In this document: one piece after another, positions 54,553 to 64,000 of the stretch | Numbering within the stretch: position 1 is the stretch's first letter | How the letters are laid out: every line of letters begins with the position of its first letter | DNA from: Candidatus Latescibacterota bacterium | Lineage (GTDB): Bacteria; Latescibacterota; UBA2968; UBA8231 | Reading direction: 5' to 3' | Assembly (NCBI GenBank): GCA_965203175.1 | Contig: OZ241867.1 | Coordinates: 4,128,001 to 4,192,000 of the forward strand | Length of the DNA stretch: 64,000 nucleotides | Made by a program: the position numbers and the translations under genes | Notes under the pieces: generated by a model | Database searches by the model: none | What the model was told of the DNA's origin: nothing | The model's input: only the letters and a program-made list of their open reading frames with translations

Positions 54553-55187
54553 AACCGCTCTGCGCGCGTCTAGCTGACCCGCCGACTCGCGAGGCAGCCC
54601 TCATCGCCTTCGCGCAGGTGGAATCCGCTTGCCAAGCGGCCAATCCCGACCTCCTCTACGCTGACCTCCTAGCAGCTACCCACCGTACGCTGGCCCGGAA
54701 CTGGGGCAGCGAACCCGACGAGGCCGAAAGCATCCGCTTCGGTCAGTCGGTCGGGGACTGGCCGGCCTTTGCCGACGCGGCCGAATCGCTCGCCTATTTG
54801 AAGCGCCACCACCGACTGATCACCCTCACCAATTGCGACCGCGCCAGCTACCGGGGCAGCGCCGCCCGCCTCGGCGATCCTTGGGATGCGATCTTTACCG
54901 CCGAGGAGATCGGCTCGTACAAACCGTCGCTGGCCAACTTCGAATTTCTGCTCGCCCGGGTGGCCGCGGACTTCGGCGGCGATCCCGGAAGCATCCTACA
55001 CGTCGCGCAGAGCCTCTTCCACGATCACGTGCCGGCCAAGGCAGTCGGCCTGACGACGGCATGGATTGACCGGCGGGCCGGGCGTGGCGGCGGCGCGACG
55101 GCACCTCCACCGGAGGCTGTAGAACCGGACTTCCGTTTCAAAAACATGGCGGAACTGGTCGTCCAACACCGCGCCGAACGGGCCTGA
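54468..55187 (+). CDS. HAD-superfamily hydrolase (haloacid dehalogenase type II-like)
   Basis: LTFDTYGTLIDWE, LTNCD, IGSYKP, HVAQSLFHD. Confidence 0.9.
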   Translation: MRLCDFTILTFDTYGTLIDWETGIWDALQPLCARLADPPTREAALIAFAQVESACQAANPDLLYADLLAATHRTLARNWGSEPDEAESIRFGQSVGDWPAFADAAESLAYLKRHHRLITLTNCDRASYRGSAARLGDPWDAIFTAEEIGSYKPSLANFEFLLARVAADFGGDPGSILHVAQSLFHDHVPAKAVGLTTAWIDRRAGRGGGATAPPPEAVEPDFRFKNMAELVVQHRAERA

Positions 55188-55268
55188 ATCCGCCCCGGCG
55201 GCGTGTGGACGACAGCGGAATGTGCCGCTAATTTCTTGGGAATCCTTTTTGGCGGATATCGAACCCCC

Positions 55269-56027
55269 ATGAGCACACCTCTCCACGGTCGCATTGCCTT
55301 AGTAACCGGCGCAGCCGGCGGCATTGGCCAAGCAATATGCCGTGCCTTGGCTGCCGAAGGCGCGACGGTCGCCCTGCATTACCACACACAGAAGGACGCG
55401 GCCCGCGCGCTCGTCGCTGAACTAGGCGGGGCTGCCTTTGAGGCCGATATAACCGAGGCGAAGGCCGCGCAGTCGCTGGTCGAGCGCGTGGCTGGAGAAC
55501 TGGGTGGGTTGGATATTCTGGTCAATAACGCCGGTATCACCATCGGCGGGCAGTTCGTAGCCGATATGGCGCTGGCGGATTGGCACCGAGTGCTCGATGT
55601 CAACCTCAATAGCGTCCTCTACATGTGCAAGGCCGCCCTACCACGGATGCGGGCGCGAGGCGGCGCGGTCGTCAACATTGCCTCGAATGTGGTCAACACC
55701 CTGCCGGGCGGTGCGGCGGCTTATGCAACCACCAAGGCCGGGGTCGTGGCCTTGACGAAAGTGCTGTCGAAAGAGGAAGCCGAGCACGGCATCCGCGTCA
55801 ATGTGGTGTCGCCGGGGATCATTGACGCGGGGATGGGGAGCGGGGCGCTGGCGCGGCGGACGCCAGAGGTGCGGGCGCAATTTCTCAGCAGTATTCCCAT
55901 GCGCCGGGCCGGCGGCCCCGAAGAGGTGGCTGCGGCTGTGGTTTTTCTCGTGTCTCCGGCGGCTAGTTACGTGACGGGGCAGCACATAAGCGTCAACGGC
56001 GGAGACCGCACCGAGTCCTACCAGTAG
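55269..56027 (+). CDS. SDR family oxidoreductase (FabG-like)
   Basis: TGAAGGIG, VNNAGI, YATTK, IRVNVVSPG. Confidence 0.92.
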   Translation: MSTPLHGRIALVTGAAGGIGQAICRALAAEGATVALHYHTQKDAARALVAELGGAAFEADITEAKAAQSLVERVAGELGGLDILVNNAGITIGGQFVADMALADWHRVLDVNLNSVLYMCKAALPRMRARGGAVVNIASNVVNTLPGGAAAYATTKAGVVALTKVLSKEEAEHGIRVNVVSPGIIDAGMGSGALARRTPEVRAQFLSSIPMRRAGGPEEVAAAVVFLVSPAASYVTGQHISVNGGDRTESYQ

Positions 56028-56134
56028 GGTTAGACACCCAGACTAACAGCTTATATATTAGAGACATAGGCCCCTCTGGAGTACCGGAGGGAATCACTTC
56101 TACTGGTCTGAACGACCTTACTTAATAAAAATTG

Positions 56135-58147
56135 ATGAAGTACTTGCTCACCGGCGGCGGCACGGGTGGCCACGTGTACCCGGCCTTGGCCATTGCCAAC
56201 GAAATTCGGCAGACGCGGACAGACGCTGAATTCCTCTACGTGGGGCATCGAGACAAGCTGGATGCTTGGGTCGTGCCCGATCAGGGGTACCGCATCCGCT
56301 TTGTGCGAGCCCGCTCCTTCCCGCGCACTCGTTCCCTTGTGCCCTTATTGCGATTTGCCATCGTGCTCGCGGTTGGAGTCGTCCAAGGGTCGCTCATCCT
56401 CTTGCGCTACCGGCCCCAAATTATCATTAGCACGGGCGGCTTCGTCAGTGCGCCGGTCCTCTTCGCGCACGGCGTGCTAGCCAAGGTCGGCCTTTCTCGC
56501 GCTCGCGTCTTTATCTACGAGCCGAATGCCTATCCCGGACTTTTGAACCAAGTTACCGGACGGCTAGCGCAGCGAATCGGCGTGGCGTTTGAGCAGGCGG
56601 GTCGCTGGTTCGACGCGAAGAAGGTGGCTGTAGTCGGTTATCCGGTGCGCCGCTCTTTTCTGAACCTCGACCGGCACGTCGCGCGGGAAAAGTTGGGCAT
56701 TGACCAAGGCCGCAAGGTCGTGCTCGCCTTTGGCGGGTCAGGTGGTGCCAAAGCCATCAACGAGGCCGTGCTCGCAGCCTTACCCCTGTGGCGCGCGGCC
56801 GGACTGATGGTCATCCACGTCACAGGTCGCTACAAGGGATCGGATTACGACGCCGTGGCGGATACTAAGGCCGATTTAGCTGAGATGGGGATAGAGGGCG
56901 AAGGCGACTGGTATCGACGCCTTGATTACGCGGATGAGATCGTCGATCTGATTGCAGCGGCGGATCTAGTCATTTGCCGGGCGGGCGCAGGGACTCTTAC
57001 CGAGATGGCGGTCAGTGGGACGCCCACGCTGATCGTGCCACTGCCGACATCGGCTGAAGACCACCAGGCGCTGAATGCCCGGGAGATGGAGCGGATAGGG
57101 GCTGCTCAGGTGCTCTATCAGGAGGCGTTTTGGGACAGCGCCCGCATCTATAGTGGACTAGACAGCGAGAAGTTGGCGCAGCAGGTACTCGCGTTGTGCG
57201 CCGACGAGGAGCGGTTACAGGCCATGAGCGCGGCCGCCAAGATCATGCCCAAAGCCAACAGCCTCGAACTGATCACAGCTGAGTTGGACGGCCTTATTGC
57301 TGGGCAGCGCCCACCGGAGTTGCGCTTGGAGTTGCCCTCGGCCAAAAGCGGCTTGCCGACCGCCCCCAATGCCTTGCTGCGCTGGGTGCAAGCGCGGGTC
57401 AAGGAGGTAGGGAGCGTGGAGGCGATGGAGCCCGGCGAACTGGCCTATCTGCGCTATCAAGCCGACCGCCTACTCGCGTCCGAGGGTTGGTGCGAAATCC
57501 CGTTAGGGCAGCGCAATGTGGGCATCAAGCTCGTTGCGGTCTTAAACTACCAAGAGCGACTGCCGTTGCTGCTGCACATCCTCACCGACCGCACTACGAC
57601 TGGGTGGATGCGCCGTTTTTGCGGGGGAGACTTCCACCACGGAGGCATTATACGCCGGAATGTGGTCGAATACGGCTTGCGCGGTTTGAGGGTGACCGAC
57701 GCGCAAACCCGGGCCGCGTTGCTTAACGCGCTAGAAGCGGATCCCTACTTTGAGGTGCGGGCGTGGTCGGCGCAGGCCTTCGGCGAGATGTTTACAGTCG
57801 ATGACGAAATCGATAGTGCGCTTTGCGCGGCACTCGATGATAGCGCGCCGGAAGTGGTCGTCCAAGCCCTGAGTGCCCTTGGGAAAATAAGCCGCAATCC
57901 CGACCTGCTAACGCGGCTGCGCCGCTTCTACCTGCACCCGAACTGGCAGTTCCGCCAGCAGGTCGTGCTGGTGCTGATCGAGTTTTTGCAGCGCGGCGTC
58001 TTGGAACCGGCGCAATTGGAGCGCGATCTCGACCAAGTCTTGATCTCAATGCCTTATTTTGAGCCGGAATTCACCCTCGGTGCAAATCTGCGCGAATTGG
58101 CTGAACGCGTGCGCGCCGGCTTGCCACTAGCGGCCTCGCAGCGATGA
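56135..58147 (+). CDS. murG: MurG-like glycosyltransferase with long C-terminal HEAT-repeat extension
   Basis: GGGTGGHVYPA, TGGFVS, EPNAYPG..N, GGSGGA, RAGAGT, HQALNA; then DPYFEVRAWSA, ALDDSAPEVVVQAL.ALG, NWQFRQ. Confidence 0.85.
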   Translation: MKYLLTGGGTGGHVYPALAIANEIRQTRTDAEFLYVGHRDKLDAWVVPDQGYRIRFVRARSFPRTRSLVPLLRFAIVLAVGVVQGSLILLRYRPQIIISTGGFVSAPVLFAHGVLAKVGLSRARVFIYEPNAYPGLLNQVTGRLAQRIGVAFEQAGRWFDAKKVAVVGYPVRRSFLNLDRHVAREKLGIDQGRKVVLAFGGSGGAKAINEAVLAALPLWRAAGLMVIHVTGRYKGSDYDAVADTKADLAEMGIEGEGDWYRRLDYADEIVDLIAAADLVICRAGAGTLTEMAVSGTPTLIVPLPTSAEDHQALNAREMERIGAAQVLYQEAFWDSARIYSGLDSEKLAQQVLALCADEERLQAMSAAAKIMPKANSLELITAELDGLIAGQRPPELRLELPSAKSGLPTAPNALLRWVQARVKEVGSVEAMEPGELAYLRYQADRLLASEGWCEIPLGQRNVGIKLVAVLNYQERLPLLLHILTDRTTTGWMRRFCGGDFHHGGIIRRNVVEYGLRGLRVTDAQTRAALLNALEADPYFEVRAWSAQAFGEMFTVDDEIDSALCAALDDSAPEVVVQALSALGKISRNPDLLTRLRRFYLHPNWQFRQQVVLVLIEFLQRGVLEPAQLERDLDQVLISMPYFEPEFTLGANLRELAERVRAGLPLAASQR

Positions 58148-59250
58148 TCTACTACCTCGGGATCTACCTGCAAGAGGCTGTCGAGGCCCTGTCGTTTTTG
58201 CGCTTGGTCGATTCGATCAGCTTTCGCGTCATCTGCGGTGCGATCACTTCGTTGATTCTTACTATCCTCTTTGGCGGGCGGGTCATCCTTTACTTCTACA
58301 GCCGGGGGCACCGCGACATGCCCCGCGACTATTTCAACTCCGAGGCCGTCAGCAATCAAGCCAAAACCTACGGCGGAGGCTTAATCGTCGCTGCGATCTT
58401 GATTAGCGTCGGCCTGTGGTGCAAGCTGCACAGCCTCTTCGTCCTGTTCTGCGTGGGGGCGATTGTCTGGTTTGCCGCGCTCGGCTGGATCGACGACTTC
58501 CTCAAGGTGCGCCATCGCTCTAGTGATCGCGGGCTGTCGGAGAAGGCCAAGTTGGCGCTGCAAGTAGCTTTTGGGCTAGCGTTTGGCACTGCGTACATCA
58601 CCCAGGCCCTTCCAGCGGAGTCGGCCGGTTTGGCGACTCAGCTCTATCTGCCCTTTTTCAAAAATCCGGTCCTCGATCTTTCGTGGGGCTATGTGCCTTT
58701 TATTGCCTTCACGGTGACGGCCATCTCCAACTCGGTCAATCTCGCCGATGGTATCGACGGCTTGGCCGTTGTGCCAACTTCTTTTGTCGTGCTCGTCTTT
58801 GGGGTGTTCGCCTATGTGTCGAGCCACGCCGAGATCTCGGCGTTCCTCATCTTTCCCTTTATGCCGGGCGTGGGGGAAGTCGCCGTGATTTGTTCTATTG
58901 TCTTTGGAGCCTGCCTCGGCTTTTTGTGGTTCAATTCCTATCCGGCCAATGTCATTATGGGCGATACCGGGTCCATGGCACTGGGCGGCCTGTTGGGCAC
59001 GGTCGCCGTATTGGTCAAACAGGAGTTCCTCTTCCTAATCGTCGGGGGGATCTTCGTCGGCGAGACCCTGTCGGTGGTAATCCAGGAAAAAATCGGCATC
59101 CGGTGGCTGGGACGGCGCTTTTTTACCCGCTCGCCGATTCACCATCACTATCAGCAGCGCGGCTTGGCCGACACGAAGATCGTCATTCGCTTCTGGATCG
59201 TGGCCGGCATCTTGGCACTGTGTGGCTTGGCGACGCTCAAGATTCGCTAA
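58144..59250 (+). CDS. mraY: Phospho-N-acetylmuramoyl-pentapeptide transferase
   Basis: GWIDDFLK, SNSVNLADGIDGL, FLWFNSYPA, MGDTGS, PIHHHY. Confidence 0.9.
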   Translation: MIYYLGIYLQEAVEALSFLRLVDSISFRVICGAITSLILTILFGGRVILYFYSRGHRDMPRDYFNSEAVSNQAKTYGGGLIVAAILISVGLWCKLHSLFVLFCVGAIVWFAALGWIDDFLKVRHRSSDRGLSEKAKLALQVAFGLAFGTAYITQALPAESAGLATQLYLPFFKNPVLDLSWGYVPFIAFTVTAISNSVNLADGIDGLAVVPTSFVVLVFGVFAYVSSHAEISAFLIFPFMPGVGEVAVICSIVFGACLGFLWFNSYPANVIMGDTGSMALGGLLGTVAVLVKQEFLFLIVGGIFVGETLSVVIQEKIGIRWLGRRFFTRSPIHHHYQQRGLADTKIVIRFWIVAGILALCGLATLKIR

Positions 59251-59252
59251 CT

Positions 59253-59723
59253 CTATAGATAGAGGCCATAGACGCAGAGGAGGACGATGGCCGCGCCTAG
59301 CAGGAGGGCCGCGGACATGGGGAGCGGCGCGGGCAGGCGGTTGATTTCGCGCTGATAGTGCCTGTACTCCGCCGACAAGATGCTGTAGCCGGAAACGAGA
59401 GCGGCAATGAGGCCCGCGATGAAGCAGGTGAGGACCACAGCGTCGGTCGAGAATGCGCGAGCGATGCTAGCGACATACGCGCCGATGTTGATCAGCAGGC
59501 TATACCGCTTCGTCATCAGGCCGTAGAGTACGAGCCCCACGCAAAGCGAGCCGACGGCCAACGCCGCGAAGATCGACAGCCAGTCGCGCGCGTCAGACAG
59601 TGCTAAGAAGCCCGTGCCAATGAGCAGGTGGAGCCACATCCCAACATAGGCGTAAAAGAAGGGCGCGCGTCTAAACGGCGCGTGTCCCATTAGATAGTGG
59701 GCGAAAGCAGTGGACTTGGGCAT
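59253..59723 (-). CDS. Hypothetical membrane protein
   Basis: ATG start; about 5 hydrophobic segments; convergent with mraY. Confidence 0.7.
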   Translation of the reverse strand: MPKSTAFAHYLMGHAPFRRAPFFYAYVGMWLHLLIGTGFLALSDARDWLSIFAALAVGSLCVGLVLYGLMTKRYSLLINIGAYVASIARAFSTDAVVLTCFIAGLIAALVSGYSILSAEYRHYQREINRLPAPLPMSAALLLGAAIVLLCVYGLYL

Positions 59724-59779
59724 GGCAATATGTGGCCAAAGATAGGCTGCAGCCCAAGTGCGTCAACGCATGGCCAACC

Positions 59780-61783
59780 ATGGAAATCCTGTCCATCCCC
59801 ATTGAAAAAATCAAAGGTGTAGGGGCCAAACGAGCGTCTGCGCTCAAAGACGTAGAGATCCTGACTCTGGGCGATTTGTTGTACTATCTGCCGCGCCGCT
59901 ACCTCGATCGCACGCAGATTTTGCCCATGGCCCGGGCGCCAATCGGCCAAGAAGTGACCCTCATCGGCGAAGTACGTCAGACGCGCTTCATCCCCGGGTC
60001 GCGGCCTCGCTTCGTGATGGTGGTCACCGACGAGACCGACGATATCACCTGTACCTTTTTTCAGGGGGGGCGCTACTTGCAGCGCAACTTTGCCGTTGGC
60101 GACGAACTGGCGATAAGCGGCAAGGTCGATCTCTTCCAAGGGCGGCGGCAGATGGTCCATCCCGAGTACGAATTCATACGCGGGGAGGAGCGGCTCCACA
60201 CGGGTGTTGTCGTTCCGCTCTATACGACCAGTGCCGATATGAAGGAACGCGGCCTGCGCAGCCGGGGGTTCCGCCGTTTGATAAGCGAGGCGCTGGATAC
60301 CTTTGCCGAGCGGATCGAGGACGATTTGCCCGCGGTCTTGCGCCAGCGCTTGGGCCTTGCAGAGCTGGGCGCTAGTCTGCGCCAAGTGCATTTTCCCGCC
60401 AGCCTCGCCGAGGCGGAGCGCGCGCGGCAGCGCTTGGCCTTTGGCGAGTTTTTTGCCTTTCAACTGCGCTTGGCGCGCCGGCGCAAAAAAAACCATGAGC
60501 AGGCCGACGGCATTGCCTTTGCGCCGAGCGAGAAACTGGTGCCGGCCCTGTGGGATTCCCTGCCGTTTGACCCCACTCGCGCCCAACTCCGGGTCGTCGC
60601 CGAGATCGCCGCGCAGATGCAGCGCCCCCAAGTTATGAATCGCCTCGTCCAAGGCGATGTTGGCTCGGGCAAGACCTTGGTGGGCCTGAGTGCGATGTTG
60701 ATGGCTGTGGAGAACGGCTATCAAGCGGCGATGATGGCTCCGACCGAGATCCTCGCCGAGCAGCACTTTTTCAATATCCAGGCACTCGTCGAGCCCCTTG
60801 GCTTGACTGTGGTCTTCCTCAAGGGTGCCCAGCGCAAGGCACTTCGGCAGGAGTTGTTGACGGCCATTGAAAGCGGCGCGGCCCACATTGTGGTGGGTAC
60901 CCACGCGCTGATTCAGGAGCAGGTGCAATTTGCCCGCTTGGGGCTGGCGGTCATCGACGAGCAGCACCGCTTTGGGGTCGTGCAGCGCGGCGCGCTCTAC
61001 AAGAAGGGCACCAAGCCCGATTTGCTGGTGATGACGGCCACGCCTATCCCGCGCACCTTGGCTCTGACTCTGTACGGTGAGTTGGATGTGTCGATCATCG
61101 ACGAGTTGCCTCCTGGGCGCAAACCGATCCGCACGGCCCTGCGCGGCAACGACCGCCGCGCGGCGATTTTTGAGTTTGCCGGCGATCAGGTGCGGCAAGG
61201 ACGGCAAGTGTACGTGGTATATCCGCTGATCGAAGAGTCGGAAAAGGCGGATTACAAATCCGCAGTCGAAGCCTACGACGAGTTGCGCCACGGCCCGTTA
61301 GCCGACTTCGCAGTGGCCCTGCTGCACGGGCGCATGGCGGCCGAAGAAAAGGCCGCGGTCATGGAGGATTTTAAGGAAAACCGGATCCAAGTCTTGGTTT
61401 GCACCACGGTCGTTGAGGTCGGAGTGGATGTGCCCAATGCCACGGTGATGATCATCGAACACGCCGAGCGCTTTGGCTTGGCGCAATTGCACCAGTTGCG
61501 CGGCCGCGTGGGGCGCGGTGGGGAGCAGTCGTTTTGCATCCTCATTAGTTACGTCCACGCCGGGGCCGAGTTGGCGGATTCGCGCGAGCGGCTCCAGACT
61601 ATGGAGCGCACTCAAGACGGCTTTGAGATTGCGGAAAAGGATTTGCAACTGCGCGGCCCTGGCGAGTTCTTCGGCGTGCGCCAGGCCGGGATGCCCACAT
61701 TTAAGGCGGCGGATTTGATCGCCGACGGAGACTTGCTGCAAAGCGCGCGCGAAGAAGCCATGCGGATTGTAGATAGCGAATAG
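59780..61783 (+). CDS. recG: ATP-dependent DNA helicase RecG
   Basis: RLVQGDVGSGKT, MAPTEILAEQH, DEQHRFGV, MTATPIPRTL, QLHQLRGRVGRG, DLQLRGPGE. Confidence 0.97.
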   Translation: MEILSIPIEKIKGVGAKRASALKDVEILTLGDLLYYLPRRYLDRTQILPMARAPIGQEVTLIGEVRQTRFIPGSRPRFVMVVTDETDDITCTFFQGGRYLQRNFAVGDELAISGKVDLFQGRRQMVHPEYEFIRGEERLHTGVVVPLYTTSADMKERGLRSRGFRRLISEALDTFAERIEDDLPAVLRQRLGLAELGASLRQVHFPASLAEAERARQRLAFGEFFAFQLRLARRRKKNHEQADGIAFAPSEKLVPALWDSLPFDPTRAQLRVVAEIAAQMQRPQVMNRLVQGDVGSGKTLVGLSAMLMAVENGYQAAMMAPTEILAEQHFFNIQALVEPLGLTVVFLKGAQRKALRQELLTAIESGAAHIVVGTHALIQEQVQFARLGLAVIDEQHRFGVVQRGALYKKGTKPDLLVMTATPIPRTLALTLYGELDVSIIDELPPGRKPIRTALRGNDRRAAIFEFAGDQVRQGRQVYVVYPLIEESEKADYKSAVEAYDELRHGPLADFAVALLHGRMAAEEKAAVMEDFKENRIQVLVCTTVVEVGVDVPNATVMIIEHAERFGLAQLHQLRGRVGRGGEQSFCILISYVHAGAELADSRERLQTMERTQDGFEIAEKDLQLRGPGEFFGVRQAGMPTFKAADLIADGDLLQSAREEAMRIVDSE

Positions 61784-61791
61784 GAGATGCC

Positions 61792-62922
61792 ATGAAAAGC
61801 GAAAGCCTCATTCCGCCCGCGGATTTTGTCGGGCTCGACGCAGTGACCCATCTCTGCACAGGGGGCGAAGCGCCTTGGTTAAAAGGGCAGAGTGAGGTGT
61901 ACGCGGAATTTGCTCAGTACAAAAGCGGCGGTGACCGAGGACGGCGCGCCATCTACGCCCGCGGCGAGCGCTGCCGCCAGCGCATGGGGCAGTTGTGGGG
62001 CGTTCCAGACGAGCGGATCGCCTTTACGCCGTCGGCGGCTGAAGGCATGGCTTGGTTGGCGCGGGGCTTGAACTGGCAGCCGGGCGACAACGTGGTGACC
62101 ACCAATTTGGAATTTCCCTCGGTGGCGTACAATTGGCGCAACGTGCGCGAGCAAGGGGTCGAATTGCGGCTGGTGCCGCATCGCGATTGGCTGGTGCGGG
62201 AGGAAGATCTGTTGGCCGCAGTCGATGAGCGCACTCGGGTCTTGGCTGTGAGTCAAGTCAGCTTTTACACGGGGCAAAACCTCGATATCGAGCAATTAGC
62301 GGCCGGGCTTGCCGGGCGCGACGCGCTCTTGGCGGTCGATGCGACCCACGCTGCGGGCGCAGTCGCCGTGCCGGCGGCGTGTACTGACTTGTGCGTCAGT
62401 TCGTGCTACAAGTGGCTGTTGGCGACGCACGGGGTTGCGCCGTGTTATTTGAGCCAACGGGCCGAGGCGCAAGTGCGCTCCACGGCTTTTGGCTGGCGCA
62501 ACTTGGCGGTGTGGCCGGCGCAAGGGGCTGTGCGCGAACTAGATGCCGACGAAAAGCCAATGCCCGACAAAATGGAGCCGGGCAATCCGGCTATGGTGGC
62601 GGTGCTCTATCTCGATTACGCTTTGGGGCGGCTATTGGACGTGGGGATTGAGCGGATAGAGGAGCACAACCGCGACTTGTCCGAACAAATCAGCGCCGGG
62701 CTGGAGCGTCTCGGGCGGCAGGTTATTTCGCCGAGTGCGCGGCCGCAGCGCTCGGGCAATACCTGTTTTGCGGACGACGACGCGCACGGGCTGTGTGAGG
62801 CTCTGGCCGACCGAGGGGTGTTGGTGTGGGGGGAATACGGGCGGGTGCGGGTCTCGGGGCATTTGTATAATAACAGTGACGATGTGGAGCGGTTTTTAGG
62901 GGTTTTGGGCGAGTTGGTGTAG
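61792..62922 (+). CDS. Class V PLP-dependent aminotransferase / cysteine desulfurase-like
   Basis: EFPSV, VSQVSFYTG, VDATHAAG, SCYKWLL, RVSGHLYN. Confidence 0.88.
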   Translation: MKSESLIPPADFVGLDAVTHLCTGGEAPWLKGQSEVYAEFAQYKSGGDRGRRAIYARGERCRQRMGQLWGVPDERIAFTPSAAEGMAWLARGLNWQPGDNVVTTNLEFPSVAYNWRNVREQGVELRLVPHRDWLVREEDLLAAVDERTRVLAVSQVSFYTGQNLDIEQLAAGLAGRDALLAVDATHAAGAVAVPAACTDLCVSSCYKWLLATHGVAPCYLSQRAEAQVRSTAFGWRNLAVWPAQGAVRELDADEKPMPDKMEPGNPAMVAVLYLDYALGRLLDVGIERIEEHNRDLSEQISAGLERLGRQVISPSARPQRSGNTCFADDDAHGLCEALADRGVLVWGEYGRVRVSGHLYNNSDDVERFLGVLGELV

Positions 62923-62970
62923 GGAGGCTGAGACATAAAATATGGAGACGACAAAACAGGAACCTTAAAA

Positions 62971-63297
62971 ATGAATATCGCAGCCTCGGAAACGTTTATA
63001 TCGACTATGGTGGACCGCATCGTGGAAGCCTTCCAGCCTGCACAAATCGTCCTTTTCGGTTCCCACGCACGAGGTACGGCAACTGAATGGAGTGATGTGG
63101 ATTTGCTCGTAATTCTGCCGAAGGTGTCTGACAAACGGGGCACGGCTATCGAGATCCGCCGGGTCTTGGGGGATCTGCCGGTTTGCAAGGACATAGTGGT
63201 GGCGACTCCCGAAGAAGTCTCTCGTCGCGGGCACCTTGTGGGAACTGTATTGCGCTCAGCTCTCCGCGAGGGGAAGGTTATTTATGAGCGACTCTGA
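62971..63297 (+). CDS. Minimal nucleotidyltransferase (MNT) antitoxin-like
   Basis: IVLFGSHARG...SDVDLLVI. Confidence 0.88.
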   Translation: MNIAASETFISTMVDRIVEAFQPAQIVLFGSHARGTATEWSDVDLLVILPKVSDKRGTAIEIRRVLGDLPVCKDIVVATPEEVSRRGHLVGTVLRSALREGKVIYERL

Positions 63298-63694
63298 ACT
63301 CGTTGATGAAGCTCGCCGCTGGCTTCGTTTCGCGACGGAGGATCTCGATGTTGCACAACGCTTGCTAACAGCGGATGGGGCACCTCCTCGCCACGCTTGT
63401 GCTCTAGCCCAACAAGCTGCTGAAAAGGCGTTGAAGGCAGCACTGGTACTTGAGGGAATAGACTTTCCATTCCGACACGACTTGGATGCCTTGCGCAACC
63501 TGCTCCCAAGCACTTGGTCGGTACGGCGTACGCACACTGATCTTGCTCAATTGACGGAATGGGCTGTCGAGGCACGATATCCAGGAGATTGGCAAGAGGC
63601 CACAGCAACCGATGCCGAACAGGCGGTGCCGCAGGCACGAGGGGTTTACAACTCGATAGCGGCTGAGTTTGAGCGGCGCACAAACGCTGACTGA
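63284..63694 (+). CDS. HEPN domain protein (MNT-HEPN pair)
   Basis: WLRFATEDL..A, AQQAAEKALKA, HDL, EARYP; overlaps the MNT gene. Confidence 0.88.
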   Translation: MSDSELVDEARRWLRFATEDLDVAQRLLTADGAPPRHACALAQQAAEKALKAALVLEGIDFPFRHDLDALRNLLPSTWSVRRTHTDLAQLTEWAVEARYPGDWQEATATDAEQAVPQARGVYNSIAAEFERRTNAD

Positions 63695-64000
63695 ATCTGG
63701 CTCGTCGCTTTCGCCTTGAAGAGGACTCAACGTTGGGACTCAAGCACGTATCGCCGTCCGGCGACCGCTTCGACGAATCGATTGTTCCCCGCACCTCGCC
63801 AGAGTATCTCGACGAGGAACTGACGCGCCGGTTTCTCCGCGAAGACGCCGAGCTGACCGAGGATACTTTGCACAAGCTCCGCATCGTCGCTGCCGACGAG
63901 GAAGACGTCGTCCGTCTCACACTCGCTGGCGTTCTACTATGCACGCAGCAGCCGCAACAATGGATGCCCCACGCATACATACAAGCCGTCAGCTATGCAG
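63691..64000 (+). pseudogene. Internally deleted AlbA_2/HATPase 'RecG-like transcriptional regulator' remnant, running off the window
   Basis: Open frame with no good start: LARRFRLEEDSTLGLK (AlbA_2 start-like) joined directly to RFDESIVP...LTLAGVLL...PQQWMPHAYIQAVSY (post-AlbA region). Confidence 0.55.

Noticed and set aside
59690-61291. 533-aa minus-strand ORF
   Set aside because: Antisense shadow of recG; no motifs; expected in high-GC coding DNA.
1-64000. tRNA, rRNA, integrase, transposase or prophage genes
   Set aside because: None recognisable by eye; tRNAscan and HMM searches would be needed to exclude them fully.

Overview
GC-rich bacterial genomic DNA. Two secreted proteins with FlgD/T9SS-like NYPNPFN C-termini, plus paralogous PhyH, Gfo/Idh/MocA, M20 and GHL10-like genes, suggest an FCB-group organism such as Latescibacterota (inference only). 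The backbone is housekeeping/metabolic: a NuoE-NuoF-type fusion, hom-apgM-asd, transporters, murG-mraY and recG. Three accessory elements stand out. (1) A ~12.7 kb minus-strand island (41821-54552) is bracketed by a ~95 bp degenerate direct repeat of the 5' end of a HAD gene. It encodes an RtcR/CARF-like sigma54 activator, a consensus sigma54 promoter, type I R-M hsdR-hsdM-hsdS (hsdM has an in-frame TAG), a 1366-aa pseudo-methyltransferase/TRD/Ig-like/STAND-ATPase fusion, and a 528-aa ATPase with a HEPN-like tail. This is a candidate R-M-guarding 'decoy' defence system. (2) An ECF sigma / membrane anti-sigma / secreted caspase operon (31192-34602) in which the anti-sigma and the caspase share the exact peptide TRIKGG, a candidate cleavage site. 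(3) A small defence-like cluster (5455-13015) with an AAA ATPase, a 1731-aa exonuclease-RecQ-UvrD fusion and a DUF4160/DUF2442 pair. I saw no rRNA, tRNA, CRISPR array, integrase or transposase. Domain calls come from motifs read by eye, not from database searches.
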